64,000 nt of DNA from an uncultured Pseudomonadota bacterium (GTDB lineage: Bacteria > Pseudomonadota > Alphaproteobacteria > JACZXZ01), in NCBI GenBank assembly GCA_963749075.1, contig CAVVLJ010000021.1, forward strand, positions 416,001-480,000, given 5' to 3'. Numbering within the stretch: position 1 is the first letter of the stretch; each line of letters starts with the position of its first letter. The position numbers and the translations under genes were made by a program. Shown in pieces: positions 32,746-43,325 of the stretch. The notes under the pieces were generated by a model, which was not told the DNA's origin, made no database searches, and saw only the letters and a program-made list of their open reading frames with translations.

Positions 32746-33078
32746 ATTGACTTCGTGCGCACCAACTTGGTCGCGACCAAGTGAAGGCGCCACTAAGCTA
32801 CTATTTTACTGAAGGAACTCAGTGAGACGGACGAATTTTCAGTGGCTGGGTGGAATTAGATCGTGGCGCGATCATCGACGCGTTGCCCCCGCGTCGATGG
32901 GTGAGGGGGACGAGTCTGCGGCGCCTGGGTGCGGCGAAGACGATTTGATCTGCGCTCTCAACTAGGGCGACTTTCGACATCGGCAATTGACCCCTAGCGG
33001 CCTCTCGAGCGTCATCCAGGCGCACACCCCCGGCCCTCTTCACATCGCTAGAAACAGCTCGGCGGCAGAGGTGGCAAC

Positions 33079-33535
33079 GTGCTCATGGATTGCTCTACGA
33101 TCGACGCCCTCGGTATTAGCCGGGGCGGGCGCAGCACGAAGATCCATGCGGTCGTCGACGGCAAAGGCCGCCCGCTGAACTTCATCGTCACGGGCGCACA
33201 GGTCCATGACAGCCAAGTCGTCGAAGCGGTGCTGGACACGCCCAAGCCGCCCCTCGCCGTCGCGGCCGACAAGGCTTATGACAGCCAAAAGGTCCGCCAG
33301 CAGATCAGGGACGAAGGTGCCTTGCCCGTCATCCCCAGCCGCAGCAATGCCACCAAGAAAGCCTATTGTCCCAAGCGCATCTATCGCAGGCGCCACAAGA
33401 TCGAAAATTACTTCTGCCGCATCAAGGATTGGCGGCGCATCGCAACCCGATACAACAAGCTGGCCAGAAACTTCCTTGCCGCCGCAGCCCTCGTCGGCGC
33501 ACTCTACTGGATCAAATTGTGAGTCCAGACCCTAG
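33079..33535 (+). mobile_element. Decayed IS5-family element: transposase C-terminal part plus right end
   Basis: GISRGGRSTKIHAVVD..G..HD..ADKAYDS..YRRRHKIENYF..KDWRRIATRY; ends TGAGTCCAGACC-CTAG; N-terminal part and matching left end not found. Confidence 0.85.
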
Positions 33536-34080
33536 TCAGGAACTATGGGGTATTTTGGAGTGCGGAGAATGTGTACTGGGGCAAGGGCGGTCTCGGAAAT
33601 GAAGGCGCCATCTGGGGTGTTCCCGAAAATCGGACAACCAGCCCGCCGACCAATTTCCGCGAACAGATAGCCGTATACGCCCTGTACAGCGACTATCGGG
33701 TTGTTTACGTAGGCCAGACTGGATCTGGCGATCAAAGGCTATTCCGTAGACTACGGGCTCATAGAAAGGACCATCTCAAAGATCGATGGAATTCATTTTC
33801 GTGGTTCGGTCTGGTCCCGGTTAACGAAAAGTGGAGAGACCTCCGCCTAAATTTCCGAATTAAGCCCGACGTAAACGACACACTCGACCACATCGAGGCT
33901 ATTCTGACCGCGGTTTGTGAGCCGCCGTTGAACCTACAAAGAGGTCGCTTCGGCGGTGCCGAACAGTATATCCAGCATCCTGACAATCGCTTGTCGCCCA
34001 AGTCAACGGAGCGCGCAGCGCAAGTGGTGGAGCGGCTCAACAGCATCGACGCTAGACTGGCGAAGTTGGTCAAGGCGTAA
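33532..34080 (+). CDS. GIY-YIG nuclease-like protein, 5' end abutting or clipped by the IS5 end
   Basis: AVYALY..VVYVGQ..RL..RL..H..D..FSWFG..E..L..P.LN; frame stays open upstream of GTG 33571 (LVRNYGVFW) to the IS CTAG. Confidence 0.72.
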   Translation, partial: LVRNYGVFWSAENVYWGKGGLGNEGAIWGVPENRTTSPPTNFREQIAVYALYSDYRVVYVGQTGSGDQRLFRRLRAHRKDHLKDRWNSFSWFGLVPVNEKWRDLRLNFRIKPDVNDTLDHIEAILTAVCEPPLNLQRGRFGGAEQYIQHPDNRLSPKSTERAAQVVERLNSIDARLAKLVKA

Positions 34081-34237
34081 TTACTCGTCAGGCGTTGAGC
34101 GATTAAACTTCGGGATTCATCACCATAACGACGAAGTGCCGAAATGGTGACTCGCCGCCACGCGCTGGCGTGGCATGTTCAGGCACATACCAAATCCGCG
34201 TACATAATCCCTTTGGTTTCGCTGTAACGGTGTGGTT

Positions 34238-34897
34238 TCAGGCTAGGTCGTCCAGAGTCATAGCGTCCAACCGTGCCAGCCTATTCAAGCGTTCAAGGGC
34301 CGACCCGATTCCGTAGTTCGTGCCTCCGCCCATGGCGGGATGCGGGACGAGATAGCCTGTTCGAGTCAACGCTGCGGCCGCGGCACTGAAGTCGTCAGCC
34401 GTAGGGAACAAATTTGGGATCAATTCCGGCCCAGCCGATATAAATGTCTTTCCGTATCTCTTTTCTTCGTCAGGTACATCGGGTTTGGTCAGGTTTCGAC
34501 ATACGGTGGCAAGTAGAATGACTTCTTCCCTGCGCAAGGAAGCAAGAGTGTCGGCGTGTCGCAAGAATTCATCCGCTACTAACGCCCCGAATTCCATCTG
34601 TCCAGCAATAACTCGGGCCATGAGGCGCAGATTGCGGCGAGCGGTCCCCTCCCGGGCTGCCCGAATATAGCGATAGGCGATGGATACGGCTTCCTCGATC
34701 TCCGGATCCGTAATATCTCGGCTGCCACGACGGACCTCGGCGATCAGAATGGCATGGGCCGCTTCCAGCCTGTCCTTCAAAAAATGTCGAAGCAAAGCTT
34801 CAGCGGTCATGCCAGCCAAATTCCCACCCGGAAGTTGGCAGGCTGCCAAGATGTCGCCCAATACAGCACCGAACACCGCTGGCAATCGGTTGGTCAT
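34238..34897 (-). CDS. Hypothetical protein (AT-richer islet)
   Basis: 219-aa ORF with GAGGG RBS and codon usage unlike the flanking genes; no motif recognised. Confidence 0.6.
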   Translation of the reverse strand: MTNRLPAVFGAVLGDILAACQLPGGNLAGMTAEALLRHFLKDRLEAAHAILIAEVRRGSRDITDPEIEEAVSIAYRYIRAAREGTARRNLRLMARVIAGQMEFGALVADEFLRHADTLASLRREEVILLATVCRNLTKPDVPDEEKRYGKTFISAGPELIPNLFPTADDFSAAAAALTRTGYLVPHPAMGGGTNYGIGSALERLNRLARLDAMTLDDLA

Positions 34898-35071
34898 CGT
34901 TTTTCCCTCACTTGGAGGTCCGATAGTATATCAGCCCGAAAAGCGATTCGAGTACAGAGGTCGGTGCCCTGTCGGACCGATAAGTCGACGGTGATTGAAT
35001 GGTTTGTCGGCCTTTGGAACGTCTTCTCCTCCCCTATTGCCCCACCCCCACCCCCTGCTACACTTCCCCCC

Positions 35072-35773
35072 GTGGCCCCCTTCCCCCCGCGCCGCGGCAC
35101 CCGACCGGACTCGCCTTACGGCGAGCTCCGCCGCCGTCTCCTGGCCGAGATCGCCGAGGAGGTGCGCGAGACCGAGGCTTATCTCGGCAAGTCAGCACTC
35201 TCGCCGCGCGTGATGGCGGCATTGGCCAAGGTGCCGCGCGAGGCCTTCGTGCCCGACGAGCTCGCGCTCCGCGCCTACGACAATGCGCCGCTCCCCATCG
35301 GCCATGGCCAGACCATCTCGCAGCCCTATATCGTCGCGGTGATGAGCGACATGCTGGAGCCGCTGCCGGGCGACGTGGTGCTCGAGGTCGGCACCGGCTG
35401 CGGCTACCAGGCGGCGGTGCTCGCCGAGCTCGCGGCCCGCGTCTACTCGATCGAGGTGGTGGCCGAGCTCGGCGCCAGTGCTGCGCGGCGCCTCGCACGG
35501 CTCGGCTACGGCAACGTCGAGGTGCGCGTGGGCGACGGGGCGCTCGGCTGGCCCGAGCATGCGCCCTTCGACGGCATCATCGTGACCGCGGCGGCGCCTG
35601 CGGTGCCCGAGGCCCTGGTAGCGCAGCTCAAGCCGGGGCGGCGGCTCGTCCTCCCGCTCGGCGAGGCGGGCGGGCGGCAGGAGCTCGTGGTGGTGGAGAA
35701 GGATGCTGACGGCGGGGTGAGCGAGCGGGTGACCTTGCCGGTCGCCTTCGTGCCGATGACGGGGGGCGGGTAG
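35072..35773 (+). CDS. pcm: Protein-L-isoaspartate O-methyltransferase
   Basis: VPREAFVP, AYDNAPLPIGHGQTISQPY, VLEVGTGCGYQAAVL, APFDGIIVTAA; start uncertain (GTG 35072 follows a TTGCCC..TGcTACACT promoter-like element). Confidence 0.93.
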   Translation: MAPFPPRRGTRPDSPYGELRRRLLAEIAEEVRETEAYLGKSALSPRVMAALAKVPREAFVPDELALRAYDNAPLPIGHGQTISQPYIVAVMSDMLEPLPGDVVLEVGTGCGYQAAVLAELAARVYSIEVVAELGASAARRLARLGYGNVEVRVGDGALGWPEHAPFDGIIVTAAAPAVPEALVAQLKPGRRLVLPLGEAGGRQELVVVEKDADGGVSERVTLPVAFVPMTGGG

Positions 35774-35817
35774 GGCTCGCAATCCGGAGGCTGCTGGCTA
35801 CATACTGGCGGGGTGGT

Positions 35818-35876
35818 CCCTCACCCTCCCATTGCTTCGCAATGGGCCCCTCCCTCTCCCGCTTGCGGGAGAGGGG
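35818..35876. repeat. Family A single arm
   Basis: CCCTCACCCT-CCCATTGCTTCGCAATGGG-CCCTCTCCCGCTTGCGGGAGAGGGG. Confidence 0.8.
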
Positions 35877-35898
35877 TAGAGCGAGCGGTAGTCTGGCG

Positions 35899-38397
35899 AT
35901 GACGCGCAATCTGCGGCCACCGATCGCGGTCTTGGGCCCGACCAATACGGGGAAGACCCATCTCGCTATCGAGCGCATGCTGGCGCATCGCTCGGGCATG
36001 ATCGGCTTTCCCTTGCGCCTGCTTGCGCGCGAGAACTACGACCGCATCGTGCGGCTGAGGGGTGCGGCTGCTGTGGCGCTCGTCACCGGCGAGGAGAAGA
36101 TCGTGCCGGCGCACCCGAGCTACTGGGTCGCCACGGTCGAGGCCATGCCGCTCGACCGCCCGGTCGAGTTCCTCGCCATCGACGAGATCCAGCTCGCCGC
36201 CGACGCCGAGCGCGGGCACGTCTTCACCCACCGCATGCTCCACGCCCGCGGCCTCGCCGAGACCATGCTCTTGGGCGCCGACACCATCCGCCCGCACTTG
36301 AAGAAGCTCGTGCCCGGCGTCGCTTTCGTCTCGCGCCCGCGCTTCTCGAAACTGGTCTACACGGGGGCGCGCAAGATCACGCGCCTGCCGCCGCGGAGCG
36401 CCGTCGTCGCCTTCTCGGTGCAGGAGGTCTACGCACACGCCGAGGCGCTGCGCCGCCAGCGCGGCGGCACGGCGGTGGTGCTGGGGGCGCTCAGCCCACG
36501 CACGCGCAACGCCCAGGTCGCCATGTACCAGGCGGGCGAGGTCGATTACCTGGTGGCGACCGACGCCATCGGCATGGGCCTGAACATGGACGTGAACCAC
36601 GTCGCCTTCACCAGCCTCGTGAAGTTCGACGGCCGCGCGCCGCGCCGCTTGAGCCCCGCCGAGCTCGCCCAGATCGCCGGCCGCGCCGGGCGATACATGA
36701 CGGACGGCACCTTCGGCACCACGGGCGAGCTTGCAACCCTCGAGCCCGAGCTCGTGGAGGCCATCGAGGAGCACCGCTTCGAGACGCTCAAGCTCATCTA
36801 CTGGCGCAACGCCGAGCTCGACTTCCGCTCGCTCGAGGCACTCCTCAAGAGCCTCGACGAGCCGCCGCGCGCCGCCTTCCTCAAACGCGCGCGCGAGCTC
36901 GACGATGTGGAGGCGCTCGCAGCATTGGCGCGCGACCCCGACGTCGTGCCCCTCGCGCAAGGCCCGGCAGCACTGCGCCTCCTCTGGGAGGTCTGCCAGA
37001 TACCCGACTTCCGCAAGATCATGCACGACGCGCACGTGCGGCTCTTGAAGCGCATCTTCCTCCACTTGATCGGGCCCGAAGCGAGGCTGCCCGAGGATTG
37101 GGTGGCGGGCCAGCTGGCAAGCCTCGACCGCCCGGACGGCGACATCGACACGCTCGTGCAGCGCATCGCCTTCGTGCGCACCTGGACCTACGTCTCCCAC
37201 CGCGGCGAGTGGCTCGCCAACGCGGGCGCTTGGCAGGAGCGCGCGCGGGCGATCGAGGACCGGCTCTCCGAGGCGCTGCACGAGCGGCTCACCCAGCGCT
37301 TCGTCGACCGCCGCGCCGCCACGCTCCAGCGCCGCCTGCGCGACGGCCGAGAGCTTATCGGCGCCGTCACGCGCGAGGGCAGCGTGCTGGTCGAGGGCGA
37401 GCCCGTGGGCCGCCTCGAGGGCTTCCGCTTCCTGGCCGACGAGACCGCGTCGCGGGACGAGGCTCGGGCGCTCGCCAACGCCGCACTCGGCGCGCTCAAG
37501 CGCGAGATCCCGGCGCGCATCGCGCGCTTGATGGCGGACGCCCAGGAGGCCTTCGCGCTCACGCCCGACGGCAAGCTCCTGTGGCGGGAGGCGCCGGTCG
37601 CCTATCTCGAGCCCGGCGAGCATCCCTTGAGCCCGCGCCTCAGGCTGCTGCCGAGCGACCTCATCGAGCCCAAGGAGTGCCAAGTGCTGCGCCGCCATCT
37701 CGAGGGCCGCCTCGAGGCCATTCTCGGAGCCGGATTGGCGCCGCTCTTCGCCCTCGCGAGTGCCGAGCTCGAGGGGGCCGCGCGCGGCATCGCCTTCCAG
37801 CTCCGCGAGGCGCTCGGCATCCTGCCGCGGCGCCAGGTGGCGAGCCTGGTCGCCGCCCTCGACGAGCCCGCGCGCAAGGCCCTAAGACGCCTCGGCGTGC
37901 GCCTCGGCCGCATCGCACTCTATATGCCCACCCTCCTCAAGCCGGCGGCGATCGCGCTCAAGACGCTGCTGTGGGCCGCCCATCACGACATGGTGGATCT
38001 CGTGGCACCGCCGCCTGCGGGACGCGTCTCGCTCACGCTCGATGCAGCACTGCCGGCGGCGTTCTACGAAGCGATCGGCTACCACGCGATCGGCGGTATC
38101 GCGGTGCGCATCGACCGCCTGGAGCGCCTGGCGGAGGAGGCGGCGCTCCTCGCGCGCCAGGGCGCCTTCGCGGCGACGCCCCGGCTTTTCTCTCTCGCCG
38201 CCTGCCCCAAGGGTGGCCTCGCGGCGGTGCTGGCAGCCCTCGGCTACAGTGCCGAGGGCAGCAACGGAGACGTGCGCTTCCTGCGCAAGAGCCGCGGCAA
38301 GACGCCCGGGCGGCGCCGGGCGAGGGAGGCCGCCGCCGAGGCCAAGGCGGCGCAGTCGCCCTTCGCGGTGCTCAAGGAGCTGCGGCTTGTGCGCTGA
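35899..38397 (+). CDS. SUV3/MgpS-like SF2 helicase
   Basis: GPTNTGKT, DEIQL, ATDAIGMGLN, QIAGRAGR; usual alphaproteobacterial synteny with S4-fdxA-carD. Confidence 0.9.
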   Translation: MTRNLRPPIAVLGPTNTGKTHLAIERMLAHRSGMIGFPLRLLARENYDRIVRLRGAAAVALVTGEEKIVPAHPSYWVATVEAMPLDRPVEFLAIDEIQLAADAERGHVFTHRMLHARGLAETMLLGADTIRPHLKKLVPGVAFVSRPRFSKLVYTGARKITRLPPRSAVVAFSVQEVYAHAEALRRQRGGTAVVLGALSPRTRNAQVAMYQAGEVDYLVATDAIGMGLNMDVNHVAFTSLVKFDGRAPRRLSPAELAQIAGRAGRYMTDGTFGTTGELATLEPELVEAIEEHRFETLKLIYWRNAELDFRSLEALLKSLDEPPRAAFLKRARELDDVEALAALARDPDVVPLAQGPAALRLLWEVCQIPDFRKIMHDAHVRLLKRIFLHLIGPEARLPEDWVAGQLASLDRPDGDIDTLVQRIAFVRTWTYVSHRGEWLANAGAWQERARAIEDRLSEALHERLTQRFVDRRAATLQRRLRDGRELIGAVTREGSVLVEGEPVGRLEGFRFLADETASRDEARALANAALGALKREIPARIARLMADAQEAFALTPDGKLLWREAPVAYLEPGEHPLSPRLRLLPSDLIEPKECQVLRRHLEGRLEAILGAGLAPLFALASAELEGAARGIAFQLREALGILPRRQVASLVAALDEPARKALRRLGVRLGRIALYMPTLLKPAAIALKTLLWAAHHDMVDLVAPPPAGRVSLTLDAALPAAFYEAIGYHAIGGIAVRIDRLERLAEEAALLARQGAFAATPRLFSLAACPKGGLAAVLAALGYSAEGSNGDVRFLRKSRGKTPGRRRAREAAAEAKAAQSPFAVLKELRLVR

Positions 38398-38443
38398 CGA
38401 GAGGGCGGCGCCCGACGAGGAGGAGAAGGCGGCGCCGGGCGCC

Positions 38444-38809
38444 ATGCGCCTCGACAAATGGCTGTTGTACGCGCGCTTCTTCAGGAGCCGCTCGCTCGCC
38501 GCCCGGCTCTGCGCCGAGGGCAAGCTGCGGCTCGACCGCGCCCGCGTGAGCAAGGCGCACCAGCAAGTGCGGCCGGGCGACGTCTTGACCTTTCCCCAGG
38601 GCCGGCAGATCCGCGTCGTGCGGGTGGCGGCACTCGCCGAGCGGCGCGGGCCCGCCGCAGAAGCGCGCCTCCTCTACGAGGACCTGGCACCGCCCGCGGC
38701 TGCGGGCGCCGCTCGGCCGGAAGTGGCAGCGGGCGAGCGGGAGCCGGGCAGCGGCCGGCCCACCAAGCGCGAGCGCCGCGCGCTCGATCGCCTCAAGGAG
38801 GCGCCCTGA
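38444..38809 (+). CDS. S4 RNA-binding domain protein (Hsp15-like)
   Basis: MRLDKWL..ARFFRSRS.A, VRPGDVLTF, RGPAAEA..LYEDL, GRPTKRERR. Confidence 0.9.
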   Translation: MRLDKWLLYARFFRSRSLAARLCAEGKLRLDRARVSKAHQQVRPGDVLTFPQGRQIRVVRVAALAERRGPAAEARLLYEDLAPPAAAGAARPEVAAGEREPGSGRPTKRERRALDRLKEAP

Positions 38810-38943
38810 CGATCGCGGCTGACGATTGCGGCTGCGGAGCGCAATGGCGCTTGCCCCGGCCGGCGCCTTGAGCTTATTTAGCACTCTCGGCGGCGGCGGC
38901 CGGCCCTCGACAATCGCCCTCGGCAAGCGAGTGGGAGACGACG

Positions 38944-39279
38944 ATGACCTACGTGGTGACGGAAGCCTGCATCAAATGCAAATACATGGATTGCGTCGAG
39001 GTCTGCCCGGTCGACTGCTTCTACGAGGGCGAGAACATGCTCGTCATCCACCCAGACGAGTGCATCGACTGCGGCGTCTGCGAGCCGGAATGCCCGGTCG
39101 AGGCCATCAAGCCCGATACGGACGGCGGTCTCGAGAAGTGGGTCGAGGTCAACCGCGAATACGCCCAGTCGTGGCCCAACATCACGCGCCGCGGCGAGGC
39201 GCCGCCGGACGCCGACCAGTTCAAGAGCGTCGAGGGCAAGTTCGAGAAGTTCTTCACGGCGAACCCCGGCAAGCGCTGA
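38944..39279 (+). CDS. fdxA: 7Fe ferredoxin
   Basis: [30 protein letters not shown]. Confidence 0.97.
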   Translation: MTYVVTEACIKCKYMDCVEVCPVDCFYEGENMLVIHPDECIDCGVCEPECPVEAIKPDTDGGLEKWVEVNREYAQSWPNITRRGEAPPDADQFKSVEGKFEKFFTANPGKR

Positions 39280-39545
39280 GGGGCTTCCGCGGCCTAACCG
39301 GCAAAACGATAGTTACCGGGAAGATAGCACCCGCGGCGGCTTGCCGCAGCGCGGGTGGGGCTACACATTCAGCATAAATTATGCTATATATACGGCTTCC
39401 GGCCTTACGGCCTCCGGGCCGGGCCGTCCGTCCGGTGGGTCGGTTCATACCCACAACGGCCTGACAAAACAAGCAATTCGTGCCGCGGGGCGCCCGCGAG
39501 AGTGCGCCCGCGCCAACGGTTCGATGTCGATCACAAGAGGCGCCG

Positions 39546-40064
39546 ATGAGCACCCTGAAACAAAGAATGGCCAGCGAGCACGGCTTTACCAAAGGCGACT
39601 TCGTCGTCTACCCCACCCATGGGGTGGGGCGCATCTCCGGCGTCGAGACGCAGGAGATCGCGGGCTCGGCCTTGCAGCTCTTCGTCATCCAGTTCGACAA
39701 GGAGAAGATGACGCTGCGCATCCCGACCCAGAAGGTGCGCCAGGCCGGCCTGCGCCGCCTCTCGACGCGCAAGGTGATGGAGTCGGCGCTCAAGACGCTC
39801 AAGGGCCGGCGCCGTGCCAAGCGCACCATGTGGAGCCGGCGCGCCCAGGAATACGAGGCCAAGATCAACTCCGGCGACCCGGTGTCGATCGCCGAGGTGG
39901 TGCGCGACCTCCACCGCGGCTCGGACCAGCCGGACCAGTCCTACAGCGAGCGGCAGATCTACCAGGCCGCCCTCGACCGCCTCGCGCGCGAGCTCGCCGC
40001 GGTCGAGAAGCTCGACGAGAAGCAGGCCATCAAGCGGCTCGAGCATATCCTCAAGGCGGCCTGA
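39546..40064 (+). CDS. carD: CarD-family transcription factor
   Basis: VVYPTHGVG, MWSRRAQEYEAKINSGD, QSYSERQIY. Confidence 0.95.
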   Translation: MSTLKQRMASEHGFTKGDFVVYPTHGVGRISGVETQEIAGSALQLFVIQFDKEKMTLRIPTQKVRQAGLRRLSTRKVMESALKTLKGRRRAKRTMWSRRAQEYEAKINSGDPVSIAEVVRDLHRGSDQPDQSYSERQIYQAALDRLARELAAVEKLDEKQAIKRLEHILKAA

Positions 40065-40088
40065 GCTCCCGAAGCCGTCGTCCGCTTT

Positions 40089-40190
40089 ACCCCCACCCCA
40101 ACCCTCCCCCTCAAGGGGGGAGTGGGCGTGTCATCTGAGCCCACTCATAAATTTTCCCTCCCCCCTTGAGGGGGAGGGTAGGGTGGGGGG
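40089..40190. repeat. REP-like doublet, family A
   Basis: ACCCCCACCCCAACCCTCCCCCTCAAGGGGGGAG..CCCTCCCCCCTTGAGGGGGAGGGTAGGGTGGGGGG. Confidence 0.88.
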
Positions 40191-40213
40191 CCATCCTGCG
40201 CGAGGACGCCCCA

Positions 40214-41872
40214 ATGAGCGAGCGCATCTACGGCACCCACGAGGTGCTCAACCAGCCGCCGCCCTTCGAGAACGTGAACCTCTACCGCAGCGACATCGCA
40301 CTCCGCGAGGCGGTGGCGCGCGAGGGCGGCGGCTTTGCCGAGGCCGAGCTCGCAGCGCTCGGCGCCGTGGTCGGCAGCGCCAAGGTCATCGAGCTCGCGG
40401 ACCTTGCCAACCGCTTCCCGCCCGAGCTTAAGACCCACGACCGCTTCGGCAACCGCCTCGACGAGGTCGACTTCCATCCCGCCTACCACGAGCTCATGGC
40501 GCTCGCCATTGGCCATCGCGTGCCGAGCCTCGCCTGGGTCGACCGGCGTGCGGGCGCCCATGTGGCGCGCGCGGCGCTCGCCTTCCTCTGGACCCAGGGC
40601 GAGGCGGGGGTGAGCTGTCCCATGGCCATGACCTTCGCCGCCGTGCCCGTCCTGCGCCGCGACACGGCACTCGCCGCCGAGTGGGAGCCGCGTCTTACGA
40701 GCGCCGTCTACGACCGCCGCTTCATGCCCGCGGCAGGGAAGACGGGTGCCACCTGCGGCATGGCGATGACGGAGAAGCAGGGCGGCTCCGACGTGCGCGC
40801 CAACACCACGCGGGCGCGGCCGGCGGGGAAGCGCGGGCCGGGCGAGGCCTATCTCCTGACCGGCCACAAGTGGTTCTGCTCGGCGCCCATGTCCGACGCC
40901 TTCTTAGCACTCGCCTATGCCGAGGGCGGGCTCTCCTGCTTCCTCGTGCCGCGCTTTCTCCCCGGCGGCGCCAAGAACCGCATCTTCATCCAGCGCCTCA
41001 AGCAGAAGCTCGGCGACCGCGCCAACGCCTCATCCGAGATCGAGTACGACGAGACCTGGGCGCGCCTCATCGGCGAGGAGGGGCGCGGCGTCGCCACCAT
41101 CATCGGCATGGTGCAGGGCACCCGCCTCGAGTGCGCGCTCGGCTCGGCCGGGCTCATGCGCCAAGCACTCGTGCAGGCGCTGCACCACGCGAGCCACAGG
41201 ACCGCCTTCCAGCGCCTGCTCATCGACCAGGCGCTCATGCAGAACGTGCTCGCCGATCTCGCCCTCGAGAGCGAGGCGGCGACGGCGCTCGCCCTGCGCG
41301 TGGCGCGCGCCTTCGACGAGGCGGTGCGCGAGCCGGCCCGGCGCAGCTTCGCGCGCATCGCGACGGCCATCGCCAAATACTGGATCTGCAAGCGAGCACC
41401 GGCACTCGTCGGCGAGGCGCTCGAGTGCCTCGGCGGCAGCGGCTACGTCGAGGAGTGCATGATGCCGCGCCTCTACCGCGAGGCGCCGCTCAACGGCATC
41501 TGGGAAGGCTCGGGCAACGTCATCTGCCTCGACGTGCTGCGTGCCCTCGAACGCGAGCCCGACTCGCGCGAGGCGCTCATGGCCGAGCTCGCGGCCGCGC
41601 GTGGCGCCGACCGCCGCTACGATGCCCTCCTCGGCCGCATCGACGCCGAGCTCGCCGCGCGCGGCGGCTGGGAGACGCGGGCGCGGCGCCTCGTCGAGGA
41701 TCTGGCCCTGGCGCTCCAGGCCGCCCTCCTCCTCAAAAGCGCCCCTCCGGCCGTGGCCGATGCATTCTGCGCCTCGCGCCTCGAGGGTGCCCACGGCCTT
41801 GCCTTCGGCACGCTCCCGGCCGGCGTCGATTTCACCACCATCATCGAGCGCGCGCTTCCCGTGGAGAGATAA
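40214..41872 (+). CDS. AidB-like acyl-CoA dehydrogenase
   Basis: THEVLNQPP, GMAMTEKQGGSDVRAN, GHKWFCSAPMSD, EAPLNGIWEGSGN. Confidence 0.92.
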   Translation: MSERIYGTHEVLNQPPPFENVNLYRSDIALREAVAREGGGFAEAELAALGAVVGSAKVIELADLANRFPPELKTHDRFGNRLDEVDFHPAYHELMALAIGHRVPSLAWVDRRAGAHVARAALAFLWTQGEAGVSCPMAMTFAAVPVLRRDTALAAEWEPRLTSAVYDRRFMPAAGKTGATCGMAMTEKQGGSDVRANTTRARPAGKRGPGEAYLLTGHKWFCSAPMSDAFLALAYAEGGLSCFLVPRFLPGGAKNRIFIQRLKQKLGDRANASSEIEYDETWARLIGEEGRGVATIIGMVQGTRLECALGSAGLMRQALVQALHHASHRTAFQRLLIDQALMQNVLADLALESEAATALALRVARAFDEAVREPARRSFARIATAIAKYWICKRAPALVGEALECLGGSGYVEECMMPRLYREAPLNGIWEGSGNVICLDVLRALEREPDSREALMAELAAARGADRRYDALLGRIDAELAARGGWETRARRLVEDLALALQAALLLKSAPPAVADAFCASRLEGAHGLAFGTLPAGVDFTTIIERALPVER

Positions 41873-41891
41873 CGTAGGCAGTATCAGGGAT

Positions 41892-41969
41892 AGCGCAGGG
41901 GCTGCGCGGAGGGCGCGGGGTATGGTTTCTCCTCTGCGGCCCCCGCGAATCCTCAGCGTCCCCCGCGCT
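41892..41969. repeat. Palindromic repeat, family C (reverse orientation)
   Basis: Reverse complement begins AGCGCGGGGGACGCTGAGGATTCGCGGGGGCCGCAGAG, matching the start of 16888-16976. Confidence 0.7.
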
Positions 41970-42058
41970 TGATCTTGCTGCTGCTCCGCCATTGCCGAGC
42001 CCTTGACCCTAAGCACCCGTCCCCATACCGTCCGAGCGTGAGCGTCGGGGAGAGAGCC

Positions 42059-43300
42059 ATGGAGAAGAACCTCAAGGTCAACGGCGAGCGGCTGTGGCAG
42101 AGCCTCATGGAGATGGCCGAGATCGGCGCCACGCCCAAGGGCGGGGTGTGCCGGCTGGCCTTGACCGAGCTCGACCGCCAGTCGCGCGACCTCTTCATCC
42201 GCTGGTGCGAGGCGGCGGGCTGCAGCATCGCGGTCGATGCCATGGGGAACATCTTCGCGCGCCGTGCCGGCAGCGACGACACGCTTCCCCCGATCATGAC
42301 CGGCAGCCACCTCGACAGCCAGCCGACCGGCGGCAAGTTCGACGGCGCCTACGGCGTCATGGCCGGGCTCGAGGTGATGCGCACGCTGAACGACCTCGGC
42401 ATCGCCACCAGGGCGCCCGTCGAGGCGGTGGTGTGGACCAACGAGGAAGGCTCGCGCTTCGCACCCGCCATGACCGCCTCGGGCGTTTTCGCAGGCAAGT
42501 TCAACCTGGATTTCGCGCACGCCATCAAGGACGCGGACGGCGTCACCATGGGCGAGGCGTTGGACGCGATCGGCTACAAGGGCAAGGCAGCGGTGGGCGG
42601 ACGCCCGGTCGGCGCCTTCTTCGAGGTGCATATCGAGCAGGGGCCGATTCTTGAGGCTGAGGCGAAGACGATCGGCGTGGTGACGGGCGCCCAGGGCCAG
42701 CGCTGGTTCGACGTGACCGTGACGGGGCAGGACTCCCACGCCGGTACTACGCCCATGCCCAACCGGCGCGACGCCATGGTGGGTGCGGCGCGCATGGTCG
42801 CCTGCCTCGAGAGGATCGCCAAGGCCAACGCGCCCCACGCGGTCACCACCGTGGGCATGCTCAAGGTGCATCCCAATTCGCGCAACGTGATCCCCGGCCG
42901 GGTCTCGTTCTCCGTCGACATGCGCCATCCCGAGGAGTCGGCGCTCGCCGCGATGGACGCGGAGATGCGCCTGCGCTTCGCCGCGGTCGCGGTCGAGCAG
43001 CGCCTCGAGATCGGGATCGAGCGCATCGTCAACACCGACGTCGTCAAATTCGATGCCGATTGCGTGGCCGCGGTGCGCGCTGCCGCCGAGCGCCTCGGCT
43101 ATGCCCACCGCGACATCGTCTCGGGCGCCGGCCACGACGCCTGCTACCTCTCGCGCGTGGCCCCCACGGGCATGATCTTCGTGCCCTGCGAGAATGGGCT
43201 CAGCCACAACGAGATCGAGAACGCCACCGCGGCGGACCTTGCCGCCGGCTGCGAAGTCCTCCTCCACGCCATCCTCGAGCGCGCCGGCATCGCGGGCTAG
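42059..43300 (+). CDS. M20 Zn-dependent hydrolase (N-carbamoyl-amino acid / beta-ureidopropionase-like)
   Basis: GSHLDSQPTGGKFDG, NEEGSRF, EVHIEQGP, GAGHDA, SHNE. Confidence 0.92.
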   Translation: MEKNLKVNGERLWQSLMEMAEIGATPKGGVCRLALTELDRQSRDLFIRWCEAAGCSIAVDAMGNIFARRAGSDDTLPPIMTGSHLDSQPTGGKFDGAYGVMAGLEVMRTLNDLGIATRAPVEAVVWTNEEGSRFAPAMTASGVFAGKFNLDFAHAIKDADGVTMGEALDAIGYKGKAAVGGRPVGAFFEVHIEQGPILEAEAKTIGVVTGAQGQRWFDVTVTGQDSHAGTTPMPNRRDAMVGAARMVACLERIAKANAPHAVTTVGMLKVHPNSRNVIPGRVSFSVDMRHPEESALAAMDAEMRLRFAAVAVEQRLEIGIERIVNTDVVKFDADCVAAVRAAAERLGYAHRDIVSGAGHDACYLSRVAPTGMIFVPCENGLSHNEIENATAADLAAGCEVLLHAILERAGIAG

Positions 43301-43325
43301 GGGCGCGATCTATCGTCGTGCGGTG

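Noticed and set aside
39371-39385. Palindrome AGCATAAATTATGCT upstream of carD
   Set aside because: Single AT-rich palindrome in a promoter region that I cannot assign to a regulator
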